Assembly: GCA_964016885.1 (NCBI GenBank) | Contig: OZ024740.1 | Span: 123,752,001-123,816,000, forward strand | Reading direction: 5' to 3' | Length of the DNA stretch: 64,000 nucleotides | Origin: Eledone cirrhosa | Lineage: Eukaryota | Part shown: piece by piece, positions 40,161 to 54,700 of the stretch | How positions within the stretch are numbered: position 1 is the first letter of the stretch | Layout of the letters: every line of letters begins with the position of its first letter | Notes under the pieces: model-generated | Database searches by the model: none | What the model saw: only the letters and a program-made list of their open reading frames with translations | What the model was told of the DNA's origin: nothing | Program-made: the position numbers and the translations under genes

Positions 40161-41759
40161 TTATTGTTGCCATTGTTATTGTTGACTTTATCATTGCCAT
40201 TGTTCTTTTTGATTTTTGTCATTTTCTTTTTTTAGTGAAAGCTGTTTTAAAGTAGAGTTTAGAATGTAATTGTTATTTGTGTTTTGAAAGTCATCAAAAT
40301 GATATTTTCTGTATCATTTCCTGTTCTAATTGTAAAAAAAAACATCACAATTATTTAATTTTCTTCATCTGTGATTAGGAAATAATTCAGCTATATTTAA
40401 TAATACAGTTGTTAGCCATAAAGGTGTTACATCTTTCTCTGAGAATACAGGGATTTATACTGATATTTATGTATAAGCATAATTCAATCTAATAAATATT
40501 TTGGTTGTTTTTTTTTTTAAGAAATTGTGAAACAATTATATATTATGAACTGGACCATGAATTCACAAGCATATATATATTGGTTCTAAAAATATTTTTA
40601 ATTGATACAAGGGTTTTGGCACATAATTTATGTGATATATTATAATTGTTTCTATTTTAGGCACAAAGCCAGCAATTACCCAGTACATTACTGGTACTTT
40701 ATTTTATCGACCCCGTAAGGATGAAAGACAAAGTTAACCTCGGCGTGTTATAATGGAGAGAAAGAAGTGATCAAAATAGCAGAGTTAGAAACAATTGCTG
40801 AACTAAGATAGATTTATAAAGTGAGAAAGACTGAGGAAAAAGAGAAAATGTGGTTCTTATTTAACACTTTAGCATTTACATTTCTCCATATTAACTATTA
40901 TATTTTCACAGTAAAGGCTTTACCACAGATAATTATCTTACATAATATCAAATCTATGAGATCTTGATATTATTTATTTTGAGAACACTACCTGAACATT
41001 AGTATGAGCGGCCAGTTACAGCTGGTTTGAACAGAAATATGTGAAAGATTTCTGGCTGGATATGGCCAGTTGAAATGCTAAAGGGCTAACCAGCAATTGA
41101 GAAGGAACATTATCCCTTTTGGTATCCAACTGCTTAAAACTGTCACTAGTTCTATAATCCAGAGTTGTTTATTTTGAGTTTTGATATTTATCTAAACACC
41201 TCCTTACATAATTTTATGTAAGATCCTTTGTTAAGTTATGTGACAAACACCAGATTGATAATGAGAAAGTTACTTAAAGTACTTAATCTCTTCAAATTCT
41301 TGAATATTTTCAAAATCACAATAATGTTTTTTTAATATTAAAATCAAGAATATTTTACAAAAGGAAGTTATATAATGACGGAAATGTGACAAAAAAGTTA
41401 AAAACAAAATTAAGTAATGAAAGAGGGGGTGGGTAAAGAAGGGCAGATCTGGTTGTATAGGAAAGTAGAGGAAAGGAAGGGTAAAAGTAAGGATTAAAGA
41501 GAGGGGGAAAAGAAGAGGGTGACAGGTATTTCAGCCACAACATTGGGTTCAGCTTTAGGATCCCTGGTGATGACTCTCAGCAATTACCTAATTAGAAAAG
41601 TAAGAAATGTAGCAGCTGTTAAGATGATTGTTTGTTGTAACCAGAATTAGTAGTAGTAAGTGTTGACTTCATGGGTGCTCCGTGAGTCGCTCTCCCTCCT
41701 ATATAAAGTACCATTAGCAATATTCAATGAACAATAACAAACATGACTACTTTAATAAC

Positions 41760-43263
41760 TTTTATAATAATGATAATAACAATAAAATGATTGTGTACAG
41801 TGCTCAGGTGCACTACAACTCATCAAAGGTGCATGTATAGTACATAGAATAATATACAAATGTCAGGGAAGAGAATAGAGTATGAGTCATGATATACATG
41901 TGTGTGTGTGTGGAGGGGGAATATTAGGTGTAGTGTTAGCGAATCTCAGGAAGCATGGAGGTTTTAAAGGATGCAGTGTCTCGACAGCTAATAACTGATG
42001 CAGGTAGTTTGTTCCATGCTTCAGCAACTCTGAGCAAGAAAAAATGTTTCTGAAAGTCATGAGAGCTGTGCTGTTTTCTGACTTTGTTGGTATCCCTACG
42101 TGTGTTAGACACATGGAAATCAAAAAGGTACTCAGGGTTGTTGTTGGTAAGATGGTTAATAATTTTGTGGGTGTTTACCAAGTCAGTTGCCAGACGTCGG
42201 AGCATCAATGTATTCATGCCCAGGGAAGTAAGGCGTTCAGAGTATGGTAGGTGTCTGATGGAGGGTATTCGCTTGGGTGCACGTCTCTGAACAGTTTCCA
42301 GGCAGTCAATATTCTGAGCAAGTTAGGGGTTCTTGACTGGTGATGCAAATTCTAAGTGTGGCCGCACCATAGCTATAGCTTTAAGTAGATAGCTGGAGAG
42401 TGGCTGACAAAGGTCTTGCTCAGTGATGCTAAGACACCCTCGGCCTTCTTGACAATTTTAGAGACATCCTTCCTCCAATGCAAATCGCTGCTGACAATAA
42501 TGCCCTGGTCCATTTCACAAGAAGACTTCTTGATGTTAGTTTTGTGTAGGGAGTATGTGGATGCTGGGTTTTTATTCCCAAAATTCATGGTTGTACACTT
42601 CTCCACAGCCAGCTTGAGTTGCCAATCCAGGATCCATTGTTGCATTGTGTCTAGGTCAGATTGCAGGCAAGATCTATAGTGTATAGGATCTGTCCTTTTT
42701 ATCTTAAGGTACAACTTGATGTCATCTGCATATTTCAGTACTGTGGTATTCTTTAAGTTGGCCTCTATGTCATTAATATATGCCACAAACAAAAGCGGGC
42801 CAAGAACAGATCCCTGTGGTACACCAGATAACATCTCATACAGTGAGGAATGATGTCCTAGAACCGTGACTACCTCTCTTCTTCTGAGAATGAAGGACTT
42901 CAACCAGTTAAAAAGATTATCCTTCACACGCATTGCAGAGAGTTTTGCCATAAGTCATTTGTGTGGCACAGAATTGAAAGTTTTAGCAAAGTCAAGGTAA
43001 ACAACATTCACCCATGAGCCGCCATCAGTGATCTGGGTGATGTCTTCAAGAAACTCTATAAGTTGATCACAGCAGCTGAGGTTAGGTATAAATCCAAATT
43101 GCGAGGGCCGGATAAGTCTGTGAGAGTTCCAGAAGTTCCAAAGTGCTTCTCTGACACAGGATTCCATCAGTTTGGCAATGCAGCTAGTAAAACTGACTGG
43201 ACGATAGATAACAGGTGATGTGCAGTCACTCATTTTGAACAGAGGAATGACACTGGCAGTTTT
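41760..43263 (-). mobile_element. CR1-like LINE, 5'-truncated, disrupted
   Basis: ORFs 42955-43233 (YRPVS, QFGF, YLDFAKTF), 42373-42951 (GVPQGSVLGP, YADD), 41936-42217 (FF.LRV..WNKLP); (att)n-like tail. Confidence 0.9.
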
Positions 43264-44573
43264 AAGGCTATTTAAGCATCCATGTTAAAGTTGTTATGAT
43301 AACACAGGAAAAACAACAAAGAGTCAAAATGAAATTGTGTATTATGCTTGTGTGATTGGTTTGGCCTACTCTGAAAATTGCATAGAACTAACCGCCGATT
43401 GCATCGAAGTATGACTATCTCGGTTCTCTGGCCACAAAGAGTGAGAGCCAATGGGCCAGAGTTAGTTTCTTGGCAATTACATCATTTTGATCTCTGTCAT
43501 TAACTGAATCAGACTGGGCACTGTTTAGCAGGTTGTAGACTATTGATGAGAATGAATTGAAACTAAACCAATAGCCATCAATAACTGTATTCTTCCAGAC
43601 ATTTGTGACATGAGACCCCAAAACAAAGGAAGTAAAATACACAGGGCAAAGTGGGAAATGAAAATCCTTTATTTACAAGGACAGAGGTCAGTGTTTGTAG
43701 TCATAGAGCTAATTTTGCTAACCAGAGGAACAACAGTTCAAATATCACTGGATAGAATTTGCTACATAGTTCTCCACCAAGATCGATGTGGGAGTAATGA
43801 TCGATAACAGAAGTGAGAGCGAAATTGAACTGCAAGAACATGATTTGATATAAGTGGGATTGAGATCATCATTGGCTGCCATATCTGGAGCAGTGAGTCA
43901 CTGGCCGTAAATATATGGAGCAATAAGTATTTGAAGCAGTTAGTTGCTCAACAAATGTTAAGCCAAATTGTCATTCTTCCGTGATTCGGGAAACTGACAG
44001 CTAGATTAAAATTGAACTATGATGTGAATGAGTGCTATTGCAAGTAGCATGTTCATATACTATTACATTTTGAGTTAATGACCTCCGAGTCTAGGCAGTT
44101 GAAAGCCAATAGCTATACAGTTACTTCAATTAGCTTAGAAAAGAAATTTTGCAACATCCCTACATGAATCAAATTTAACACATACAGTGTTTGAGTGAAA
44201 TATAATTGCAATGTTTGAGTCATGTTTGAAGCAATGTGTGCAAACAGTTAATACAAGTAAAAATATGCATGAAATGTATGAAGAAGCAATATTTTGAAGA
44301 ATAAACAGTACAGTTTACATTCATATTCAAATTTTCTTTAGAAAAGAAAAAAAAGAATAACTGTCCTAAACAATTAAATGTTAAGTTTTCCTTTTTTTGT
44401 TTTCTTTTCCTTCTGTGTGTTTCTGCTTTTCATTTTGCTGAATGAGTCTGTTGCCACTGCCAGAGTTTGATGTAAAAAATGTTCTTGTGCTGTGTTTTAT
44501 GTAGTGAAGATTGAATGGTACCAATATTGTGTAGAAAAAAGGTTCCATTTTGAAACATATTTCTATTGTTTTT

Positions 44574-44716
44574 GAAGAAAGTATGTTTCCTTGTTTGAAA
44601 GTATGTTTCCTTGTTTGAAAGTAAGTTTCCTTGAAGAAAGTATGTTTCCTTGAAGAAAGTATGTTTCCTTGAAGAAAGTATGTTTCCTTGAAGAAAGTAT
44701 GTTTCCTTGTTTGAAA
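44574..44716. repeat. 19-20 bp minisatellite, about 7 copies
   Basis: gaaagtatgtttccttgaa / gaaagtatgtttccttgttt units. Confidence 0.92.
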
Positions 44717-46723
44717 GAAATGTTTTTATTGTTGATGTAGCGCTGATTGTTTGTTTTTATGTTCGAATGTTGTTGCATTCATTGTTAAAAAGCTACATGT
44801 TAAAAAGTCAGGGATTACCAATTATTGCATGGCAATTGGTGATTTTGCTGCAGTTGTTTTCTTACATTATGAGAAAACTGTATGTTGCATCATCAAATGC
44901 TTGAGAAAGAAGCATGTCTGTCTGTTGGGGTCACCAAATGTAGTGGCTGTTAAAATGATTGTTTGTTGTGACCAGATGTAATTCATATTAGTGATCTGTT
45001 TGGTCAGTTGCTCACTGTAGTGAGGCAGAATTAGTAGTAGTAACTGTTGATAATAGGTGTTTTGTGTGTTGCTCTCTCCTATATAAAGCACTGTGGAAAT
45101 GTTTGTGACTTGTGGCAAATTATTTGTGTGTGTCAAGATGTATGGCTGTCATAGCCAGTAGTTGAAAATTGAAAATGCCATTAGTAATATTCAATGAACA
45201 ATAACAGACATCGCTACTTTAATGATTTTTCTGACTACTTATGCAACCACATAAAGGTTCTTATGATAACACGGGAAAAACAACAAAGAGTCAAATGAAA
45301 TTGTGTATTACGTTTGTGTGATTAGTTTGGCAAGGATGCTGTCTGAAAGCTTGCATGGAACTAACTGTTGTTGGAATCAAACAGGAGGATGACCGTCTTG
45401 GCTTGATGGTCATAAGAGCTGAGATCCATCATGCTGGAGTGAGTCTGTTGGCAACTACATCTTTCAGATCTCTGCTGTAAATTGAACCAAACTGAAGGCT
45501 GGACAGTAGGGTGTAGACTATTTATGAAAATCCTGCTTTCATTGATACTAATCAATATGGCTCTTAAGAACCGTATTTCTCAAAACAATTTAGTGTGCTC
45601 AAAAATGAGTGCCTAAAAGAAGAAAAGTAAAATACACTGGGTAAATTACAAATGATAATAATTTATCTATAACGCCTGGGTCTGTGGTCCTATGACTAAT
45701 TTTGCCAACGAAAGGAACAATAGTACAGATCTGACTTGGTAGACCTCATTACAGTAGTATATTTTATAAGAAATCTGGCAAAGAAAGTGTTAAGTAAATT
45801 AGTTGATAGTGAATCAGTGACTGTTGTATCTAAACAGAGTTCACAAATCTTGAACATTTTAAAAATATATAAGCACTACTTTTTCTTTTGTTTAAGAGTG
45901 CAAAGCCTATAGAAATGCACTGTGTACATGGTTTCAATACCTAGGTATTTTCTTTGGTCTGAAAAGATGTGAATATATTGAAGACAAGCTTTCACAGAAG
46001 AAACATTGTATCAGCTGCTAATATTTATCAGAGATGCCTTAATTATGCACACATTCAGATATATTTGATGAGCAAGCACACAAACTGGCTTGCCTCTCAC
46101 TGATTTTTTTTGAATGTCATACATTGTACCTGCCTATATGTGATTGAACATATATATTCATATATGTTTTTGTTTTAGATTTTGATGTGCATGCTGTACT
46201 TAACATGAAGTTGAACATTGTTAGCAATTATTAGCAATAATGTTAGCAATTATTTTACATAATTTAATTTTATATACAATTTACAAACAGGTAATGTTTG
46301 AACTAGGAAATTATAATTTAACAAAATTATTCTTTCTTAAAATGTAATTTTTTTTATATCTTAAAAAAAAATATCATGCTTTCAGATCTGGTAAAATGTT
46401 GTTCTTTTAATGAGACTAATAATGTGAACACTTCCATCTACAAAAAAAAAGCGGAAAAAATAATATGAATAACCAGATTGTGTAAAAATGATATTCTTCC
46501 TTCAGTTTCTTTGTTCTGAATGGAAACTGGAATTTTCTATGAGTATAGCACTTCACAATTATTGGCATCACACAGAGAATCCAGAACCAAAATTTCAGAA
46601 CAGCCAATGGTGATAGATAATATCAACAGAGATGTTAGAATCGCGACTTACAGAAGTTTCAAAATATGTTGCCATACTATTATTAAATGATACTATTATT
46701 AAATTAATCAAATAACTGGAACA

Positions 46724-47130
46724 TCTATCTATCTAGGACATGTAAAATTCCCGAGATCCATGGACGAGTTCTCTCCAGCGGTCTCTGTCCTTCATCATTG
46801 CTGCCATGTCCTGCATCTCCCAGAGCCCAGTGCCTATCCTGAGGACATAAATATATGTTATCCTCGGCCTCCCACTTCTAGTGTGTCCCACAAGACCATT
46901 AAGTACAGTGTCAACTCTGAATGTTGTTGAGCATGTCAAGCTAACCTCAATCTCCTCTGTGTTACTTTTGAGCTGACTTTTGGGAGGCTCCCGTACAGCT
47001 CTGAGTTATTCATCCTCATTGTATACTGAATAATGTTCAGAGCCAACCTCAGTATTCTTTTGTAGCACCCATCCACCATCTGAGTGAGTCCTTGGTCAGC
47101 ATCCAAGTCTCAGACCTATACAGCAGCACA
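46724..47130 (-). mobile_element. RTE family C 3' fragment
   Basis: Reverse complement aligns to 20808-21096 including the (taga)n tail. Confidence 0.88.
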
Positions 47131-49227
47131 CAATCAGCAAACTATCCATTTAAATCTACTAACCCTGCCTGTGAGCGACATGATACTTCTGAATTGATAG
47201 CCCTACAAGTACAATCAGCAAAGCATACATTTCATTTCAAACCACACCTTACTTGCCCTAAAAGAATTATATCATATATTGCTATATAAAATATAGATGT
47301 GGTTATTTATCTTACATAAAATGTGGCTATCTGTCCAACCCATGCCAATATGGAAATGTACATAAAATGATGTTGATGATAATGGTGTATTTAAACAGTC
47401 TCAATAATTTTATTAACGATTTTTAGTTGCATTTAATTCAATTTATCCATTTATTTATTTTTTTAATTTGAGTCTCATATCTGAACAACCCAACAAAATG
47501 GCATTGAGCTGTTATTTAGATTTCAATCTGTTGAAAATGTTCTCAATATGTTTACAAGGAAATAATTCTTCCTTAAATCCCAATACTTATATTTGACTGA
47601 AACTGTATAAACATAAAGAATTGATGAATTATTTCATTATTTGCTAAAATTATTTATAAAAATTTAATAATTGCAAGTTGATATTATATGTGATACTATA
47701 AAATAAATCCTAAGCACCCAATGCTGATCAATGAAACGTTATTTTTAAAAAAATAGAAGAACATATTAATTGTAATGAGTGATTTTAACATTAATACGAA
47801 ATGGAAAATGTATTTTGTTTCAACAAAATTTGAGTTTTTCACTAAACTTTCATTTTGTTTTTTGCCTCATATATCATTGTGATTACAAGATTGTTTTTTC
47901 AAATTTATTTTTCTTTTCTGATAAGCAATTAGTATCTTTGAACTCTTAGAAGAGAAACAACATACCCACCCTACCAAAAAGTGAATAAAATGATTTTGTT
48001 TTGCATTTTTGTCCCACCACCACATACATACATATATTCCTTTGCTTTGACATATAAAATGTATACATGTTTTGATGTAATCTATTGGGTATATTGTAAA
48101 GCGTTTGATTTTTTTTTTAATTAATTTATTTTGATTTAAAGAAAAGAAATAAAAAGTAATGTTTATTCTAAAAATGTAATATATAAAGGCTTTAGAATAT
48201 AAGATCAAAGGACAACTGATAATGAAATTAAATTAATGATAAGTGTGACTTCTAGATGTTTCTATTGGTAGTTATGCAGAAAATATACATTTACAATCAT
48301 TACTTTGCTTTTACAGATCTACTCTGATGCTCAAACACATACCCTTGTTATAATTAGCCATAAAACTACAATATTACATTGTTTTTATATCTGTTGCTAT
48401 ATGCTAAGATAACTAACAATGTTGATTTCTATAGTTAGCAATGATAGAAAAGGTGTTGTATTAGAATGCATTGTAGAATTGGCATGAGATCAAATGTTAT
48501 TAAAGTTGACTTGATTTTGCATTTCCTCCTATAAGAATTGATGAAATATATATCTGACAAATACTAACATTTTTTTTATGCTGTACATTTTGGTACAATC
48601 AAGACAGTGCTAACACACTTGTTTATGTAGTGAATTACTAAATGTTAATTCATTTACATTATGCCTGTAGCAAGGAGTAAAATCGTTAGCTTAATGTTCA
48701 ATTTTTACCAAGAAAGGCAAGAGAGACAAACTCAAAATCTTAAATCATATTTAAATAAAATATTATACATAGTATGTAGGAAATACAGAGAGTGTTATTT
48801 TGCTAGTATTATGGCAACAAACCTCAAAGATTATGGTTTGCTGATGAGGTATAATAATGAAACATGCAAGAAGTTGACAATGTCCTGTCATATCCAGGCT
48901 CACTCTCAACTGCATTGTATACATTGTATTTCTAATTAATGAAAATTTATTAATTTCTTTTATCTCACTACATTATGTATGCTGGCACTGATATTACCAT
49001 TTGGTTGTCAATCAGAATATATTACTTAGTAATTTTCTCTGGTCTTTCTTTAGTAGATTAATGGATTAAGTGAAGTGAAATGTCACTTAAACCAATGTTT
49101 AAAAGTATTTTGACAACTTGATTCATCAGATGTTTATCTATAACCTCTGTGGAAGTCTGATCATCGGATGAAAGACAATCTACAAATATTTTAACAACTT
49201 ATATATATATGTATAATATATATATAT

Positions 49228-49357
49228 AACAAAGGAAGTGTAGTAATGCACAAGAGTATTCGATACATAGGGTAGTAGAGTGGGTAATAAGAAAAGAGTC
49301 AGGACCCTGACGGCTGAGCTCCGGCCGTTTCGACAGCCGCCGGGATCCTGACTCTTT
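49228..49357 (-). mobile_element. Single, internally deleted unit of the 12736/63237 fold-back family
   Basis: Minus strand: gctgtc GAAA cggc-cggagctca-gccg TC agggtcctgactc then tail attacccactctactaccctatgtatcgaatact. Confidence 0.8.
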
Positions 49358-49619
49358 GCATCAAATGAGACAAAACCGTCTAATCCATGCTAGCGTGGAA
49401 GATGGATGTTAAACGATGATGATGATGATGATATATATATATATAATATATATATTATATTATTGGCAGGGTCGGGCGCCATGCTTTCCAGCACGGTCTG
49501 AATTCAAATCCCGTCGAGGTTAACTTTGCCTTTCATCCTTACCGGGTCAATAAAATAAAGTACCAGTAATGTACTGGGTAATTGCTGGCCTTGTGCAAAA
49601 GTAGACACAATTATATTAT

Positions 49620-49912
49620 ATACTTTAACTTTGACTCTGATAGGTTTCGGCCAGTATTGGCCCAGGCCATGTCTAACTTAATACCACCGCCTGGCAAAGT
49701 CTTTCAAATCAGTATTTGGGCACCATGGCCCACTCAAGTAGAGAGTTATTGTTTACGGAGGCATATCCGGTATTAGGATGCTTATCTGGGATTTCTTGAA
49801 GGAATTTTTCCAAAGACTTCTTGAACTTGATGGGGTCTGTTTCTGTTTTTATGTGTTTTAGTGTATTGTTAAAGAGAGCCGGGCCAATTGAGGTGAAATA
49901 ATTGTGCCGCAT
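49620..49912 (-). mobile_element. CR1/L2-group LINE 3' fragment
   Basis: GPALFN.......FKKSLEKFLQEIPD.P C-terminal pattern. Confidence 0.65.
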
Positions 49913-49914
49913 AT

Positions 49915-50268
49915 ATCATCATTTCATTTTTTTCATCATTTCATTTTACGTCCACTTTTCCCTGCTTGCAAGGGTGGGACGGGAACTGATGCTGGCTTGA
50001 TTTCTACAGCTGGATGCCCTTCCTAACACCAACCTCATTTACAGTGAGTGCTGGGTGCTTTTTTGCCGTGGCACCTCCACGACCACTTTGCAGTGGAATC
50101 ATAGGGATCCCAGTCCCTATCATCTCATTTCTACAGCTGAGTAAACTGGAGCAATGTGAAATAAAGTGTCTTGCTCAAGGAAACAACACATCACCCAGTC
50201 TGAGAATTGAACTCACAACCTTTCGATTGCAAGGCCAATGCTCTAACCACTAAGCCATGTGCCTCCAT
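49915..50268 (-). mobile_element. Young SINE, same family as 16911-17251
   Basis: Near-identical reverse complement. Confidence 0.88.
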
Positions 50269-50331
50269 TATATATATATATGATAAACATATAATATATA
50301 TATAATATATATATAATATATTTATATATAT

Positions 50332-51040
50332 ATCATCATCATCATCATCATCATCGTTTAACGTCCCTCTTCCACGCTTGCATGGGTTTGGACGGGAGTT
50401 TTCCCACTTGAGGCAAGAGTGTTGTTTTGCTCGCATAGGACTGTCTGGCGAGCTTTCTATGGCTGGATGCCCTTCCTAACACCAACCACATTTACAGTGT
50501 GGAACTGGGAGGGTTTTACCATGTTACCTACACGGCCACATTACAGCGTGGACTGTGTGTTTTTTTGTTGTGACATACCAACGTAGTCTTCTCTCGAGTA
50601 AACAACATCTGATCCCTCTTATTTCTAATTTTTCCCTTAGTTCGTTTATGCTTTGCCGTTCATGTATATTACTATTACACATCCAGCGGAGCATGCAAGC
50701 TTCGTTCCTCTCTAGTCTGCATATATCCTCTGCACACAATGCCCAGGTCTCACTGCCATGTAACATTGCTGTTCGTATGCAGGCATCATACAGCCTGCCT
50801 TTCATTTTTAGAGAGAACCCTTTAGCGGCTAATAGTGGTATAAGCTCTATGAACTTTTTCCATCCAGTTCTGACTCTAGCTATTGTACTTTCAGAGCACC
50901 CTCCACCACTGCTGATTATGTCACCCAAGTAACGGAAGGTGTCCACAATTTCTATAGAACCATCTGTGCATTGGAAAGAGCTAGTATTCTGTGGGCACTT
51001 GCTGCTACTTATTGCACCAGAGCACCGGCCACATATAAAA
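50332..51040 (-). mobile_element. RTE family A copy with internal deletion
   Basis: Aligns to family A; ORF end fused to 3'UTR at ~50572. Confidence 0.9.
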
Positions 51041-51539
51041 ATATATATATATATATATATTATATATAATATATATATGATAAATATATGATATATATAT
51101 AATGTATATATAATCATCATAATTGTTTAATGTCCATCTTCCATGCTTGCATGGGTTTATATACAATAAAGTATGTACATACAATCATTTGATAAAATAT
51201 ATACACTATTTCTTCTCCCAATCAGCATAATCAACCACACAAAAAACCAATTAAACAAGGCTATAAGATTAAAATGCACCTATGAAAAAATAATAGATAA
51301 ATAAACGACAGCTATGTATCCGCGATCAGCAGCTATAGAATATTTACCCAGCATTTCTAATAGCACGTGGAAATCGATTAAATATATCGTCAACCATACA
51401 CAATTAGGTATAAAATCAAAGTTAGAAGAAAAAGTGTATATAAGCATACCGAATTTATGTTTCTATGCCATGAGATTTCATTCACTTTTTGGAAATATCC
51501 AATTAAGGATAAATTCACGAGTTTCGAAATCATCAGGAA

Positions 51540-51690
51540 ACAAACTCACTTGGACAAAGACTTTTCTTAATTGATCCCCGCCAGAAACGAATTCAAAATG
51601 GCTAAGAACTGTGACGCAGCAGTGGTTAAGTCAGAAAGAATGTGATTGGTGCCTTATGGTGAGTGGGCTGGTTGCTAGAATGCGCAGCCT
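51540..51690 (-). promoter_or_regulatory. Candidate Pol II promoter / non-coding first exon
   Basis: Locally CpG-richer sequence with YY1-like caaaatggc (51594), tgacgca, CCAAT (minus, 51644), tgcgca, ggcggg and minus-strand donor aa|GTGAGT at 51549. Confidence 0.3.
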
Positions 51691-51749
51691 AATACTGCCT
51701 AAATTGCATCTCAACCATATGGGAGATTATCAAATATAAAGATTTACAT

Positions 51750-54700
51750 ATACATTGATGTATGCTTTGTGCAAGAGATTAGATGGAGAGGAGAGTCTGC
51801 TAGAGTCCTTGTAGGAAAACGTCAGCGCTACAAATTTTTCTGGGTGGGTAATGACAATGGGATGGATGGTGTAGGTATTCTATTAGCTGACAAATGGGTA
51901 GATGAAGTAATCTCAGTGAACAGGGTAAATGCAAGAATCATTAAACTCAGACTAGTCCTGAATAAAACAATTACCACAATAATATCAGCGTACGCACCCC
52001 AATCGGGGTTGCCAGATGAACTTAAGGATAGGTTTTACGAGTCCCTAAAGCACACTACTGCTCTAACAAACGACAATGACTTCCTAATCATTGCAGGAGA
52101 TTTTAACGGACACATAGGTAAACACTGTGACGGCTTCAATAGAGGCCATGGGGTTGGCACAAGAAATGAAGAAGGATTCAGACTTCTAGAATTCTGCGAA
52201 GCCAATGATATGTTGATATGTAACACAAACTTCAAAAAACCCGACAACCACCTGATCACCTATAGATCAGGGCAGCATTCTAGTCAGATAGATTTTTTCC
52301 TCATCAGAGGAGGTGACAGATGGACAGCCGTAAACACAAAAGCCTTCCCTAGTGAGGAATGTACCTCCCAACATAGCTTAGTTGTCAACGACCTCATGGT
52401 CAGAACTAGACGAACCTGGAAACAGATGCCAACCTGGAGAAGAAAGATCTGGAAGCTGAAAGACCCCTCAGCCAGTAACAGATTTAAAGATATTTTACTC
52501 AATGCCTACGACAGTAAAGAAGAACAGATAGAGACATTCAATGTAGAAGAGCACTGGGAGTTCCTAAAATATAACTTACTAGAGGCAACGGATGAGATCT
52601 GTGGCTGGAGTAAGACCACAAGCAGGAGGAGAGTGATTTGGTGGTGGAACAATAAGGTAGATGAGGCAGTTAAGGCCAAGAGACAGGCATGGAAAGAATG
52701 GAAGAACGGGGGAAGCAGGGTACATTACATAGAGACCAAGAAGGAAGCTAGGCGACAAGTATACTTAGCTAGGAGGGAAGCAGAGGATAGAAAATCCAAG
52801 GATGTTTTGCAACATGAGGACCAGAAACAGGAGGTGTTCAAGATTGCGAGGCAGTGTGTCAAAGAGAATTGTGATGTCATTGGAGAGAAGTGTATCCGGA
52901 ATGATAAAGGAGAGCTTGTCCTCACAAGTGCTGAGAAGAAAGATGCATGGAAGAGCCATTATGAGAGATTACTAAATGAGGAGAATGCATGGGAAGAAGA
53001 GACCCTACCACAAGTAGACCCTATAGAGGGGCCAGCAGTACAAGTTCGCAGCACCGTATTAAGTAAGGCAATCAAAGATATGAAGATGGGGAAGGAAACC
53101 AGTCCATCGGGTATAGCTGCCGAGATGCTGAAGGAATCTGGGTCTGTAGGTCACACTATAACCACACGTATTGTTAACCAGGTAATACTAGACGGTGTCA
53201 TACCAAAAGATTGGTGCAGTAGCATCATTGTCAACTGCTACAAAGGTAAAGGTGATGCACTAGATAGAGGAAACTATAGAGGTATAAAGCTGATGGACCA
53301 GGTCATGAAAGTAACAGAAAGAGTTATAGCATAGTTGATTAGGGACCAGGTGAAACTAGATGAGATGCAATTTGGGTGTGTACCAGGAAGAGGCACCACT
53401 GATGCCCTCTTCCTTGTGAGGCAGTTACAGGAAAAGTACCTAGCTAAAAGTAAGCCACTCTACCTGGCATTTATCAATCTCGAGAAAACCTTTGACAGAC
53501 TTCCCCGTGCTATAATCTGGTGGGCTCTTAGAAAACTAGGATTAGATGAATCGCTTGTGAAAGCTGTACAAGCCATGTATAGGGGAGCAGTCAGCAAAGT
53601 TAGGATTAGCAATGACTATAGCGAGGAATTTAGCATACAGGTCAGTGTCCACCAGGGCTCTGTTCTTAGCCCTCTCCTGTTCATCATAGTCCTGCAGGCA
53701 ATAACGGGGGAGTTTAAGACTGGATGCTCATGGGAACTCCTGTATGCAGATGACCTCGCACTTATAGCTGAATCTATGGTAGAACTAGAGAAGAAATTCC
53801 AAACTTGGAAGCAGGGACTAGAAAGAAAGGGTCACAAAGTCAACCTGACAAAGACTAGGGTCCTTGTAAGTAAACTAGAAAACAGAACCCAGATCCCCTT
53901 AGAGAAATGGCCTTGCTCAGTATGGAGGAAAGGTGTAGGTAGGAACTCCATTCTCTGCCCCAAATGCAAACAATGGGTACACAAAAGATGTAGCGGGATC
54001 ACAGGAAGCTTAATTAAGAATGTAGGCTTCATATGTAGCAGCTGTGCTGGGACAGCAAGCAGCAAACAGCCACAGGAAACACGCACAACCAATCTCTGTG
54101 AGGGCTCTGTAGAAACAGTAGACAGCTTCTGCTACCTAGGTGACTGAATTAGCAGCAGAGGTGGGTGTTCAGAAAGTACAATAACTAGGGTAAAAACGGG
54201 ATGGAAGAAGTTTGGGGAACTACTGCCACTGCTAGCTTCAAAAGGCTTTTCCCTCAAAATGAAAGGCAGACTGTATGATGCGTGTATCCGAACAGCGATG
54301 TTGCATGGTAGTGAGACCTGGGCTCTGAAGGTGGAAGACTTACATAGATTAGAAAGAAACAAAGCCTGTATGCTCCGATGGATGTGTAATAGTAATATAC
54401 GCGAACGACAAAGCATAAATGAATTGAGAGAGTGACTGAGCATAAGAGGAATTAAATGCTGTGTGCAGGAGAGGCGGTTGCGTTGGTATGGACATGTGAT
54501 GCGTATGAAGGATGACAGCTGCATAAAAAGGTGCAGAGCACTAGAAGTCAATGGAAACCGCGGAGTGGGGAGACCCAAGAAGACCTGGGATGAAGTTATA
54601 AAAGCCGACCTTACCCAATTACACCTCTCAAAGGCGATGACACATGACTGTGACCTCTGGCGTCACGCAGTAATACAGAGTACCCGACCTCCCATGGTTA

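Noticed and set aside
44574-44716. Possible CRISPR-like array
   Set aside because: Contiguous tandem units with no unique spacers; eukaryotic context
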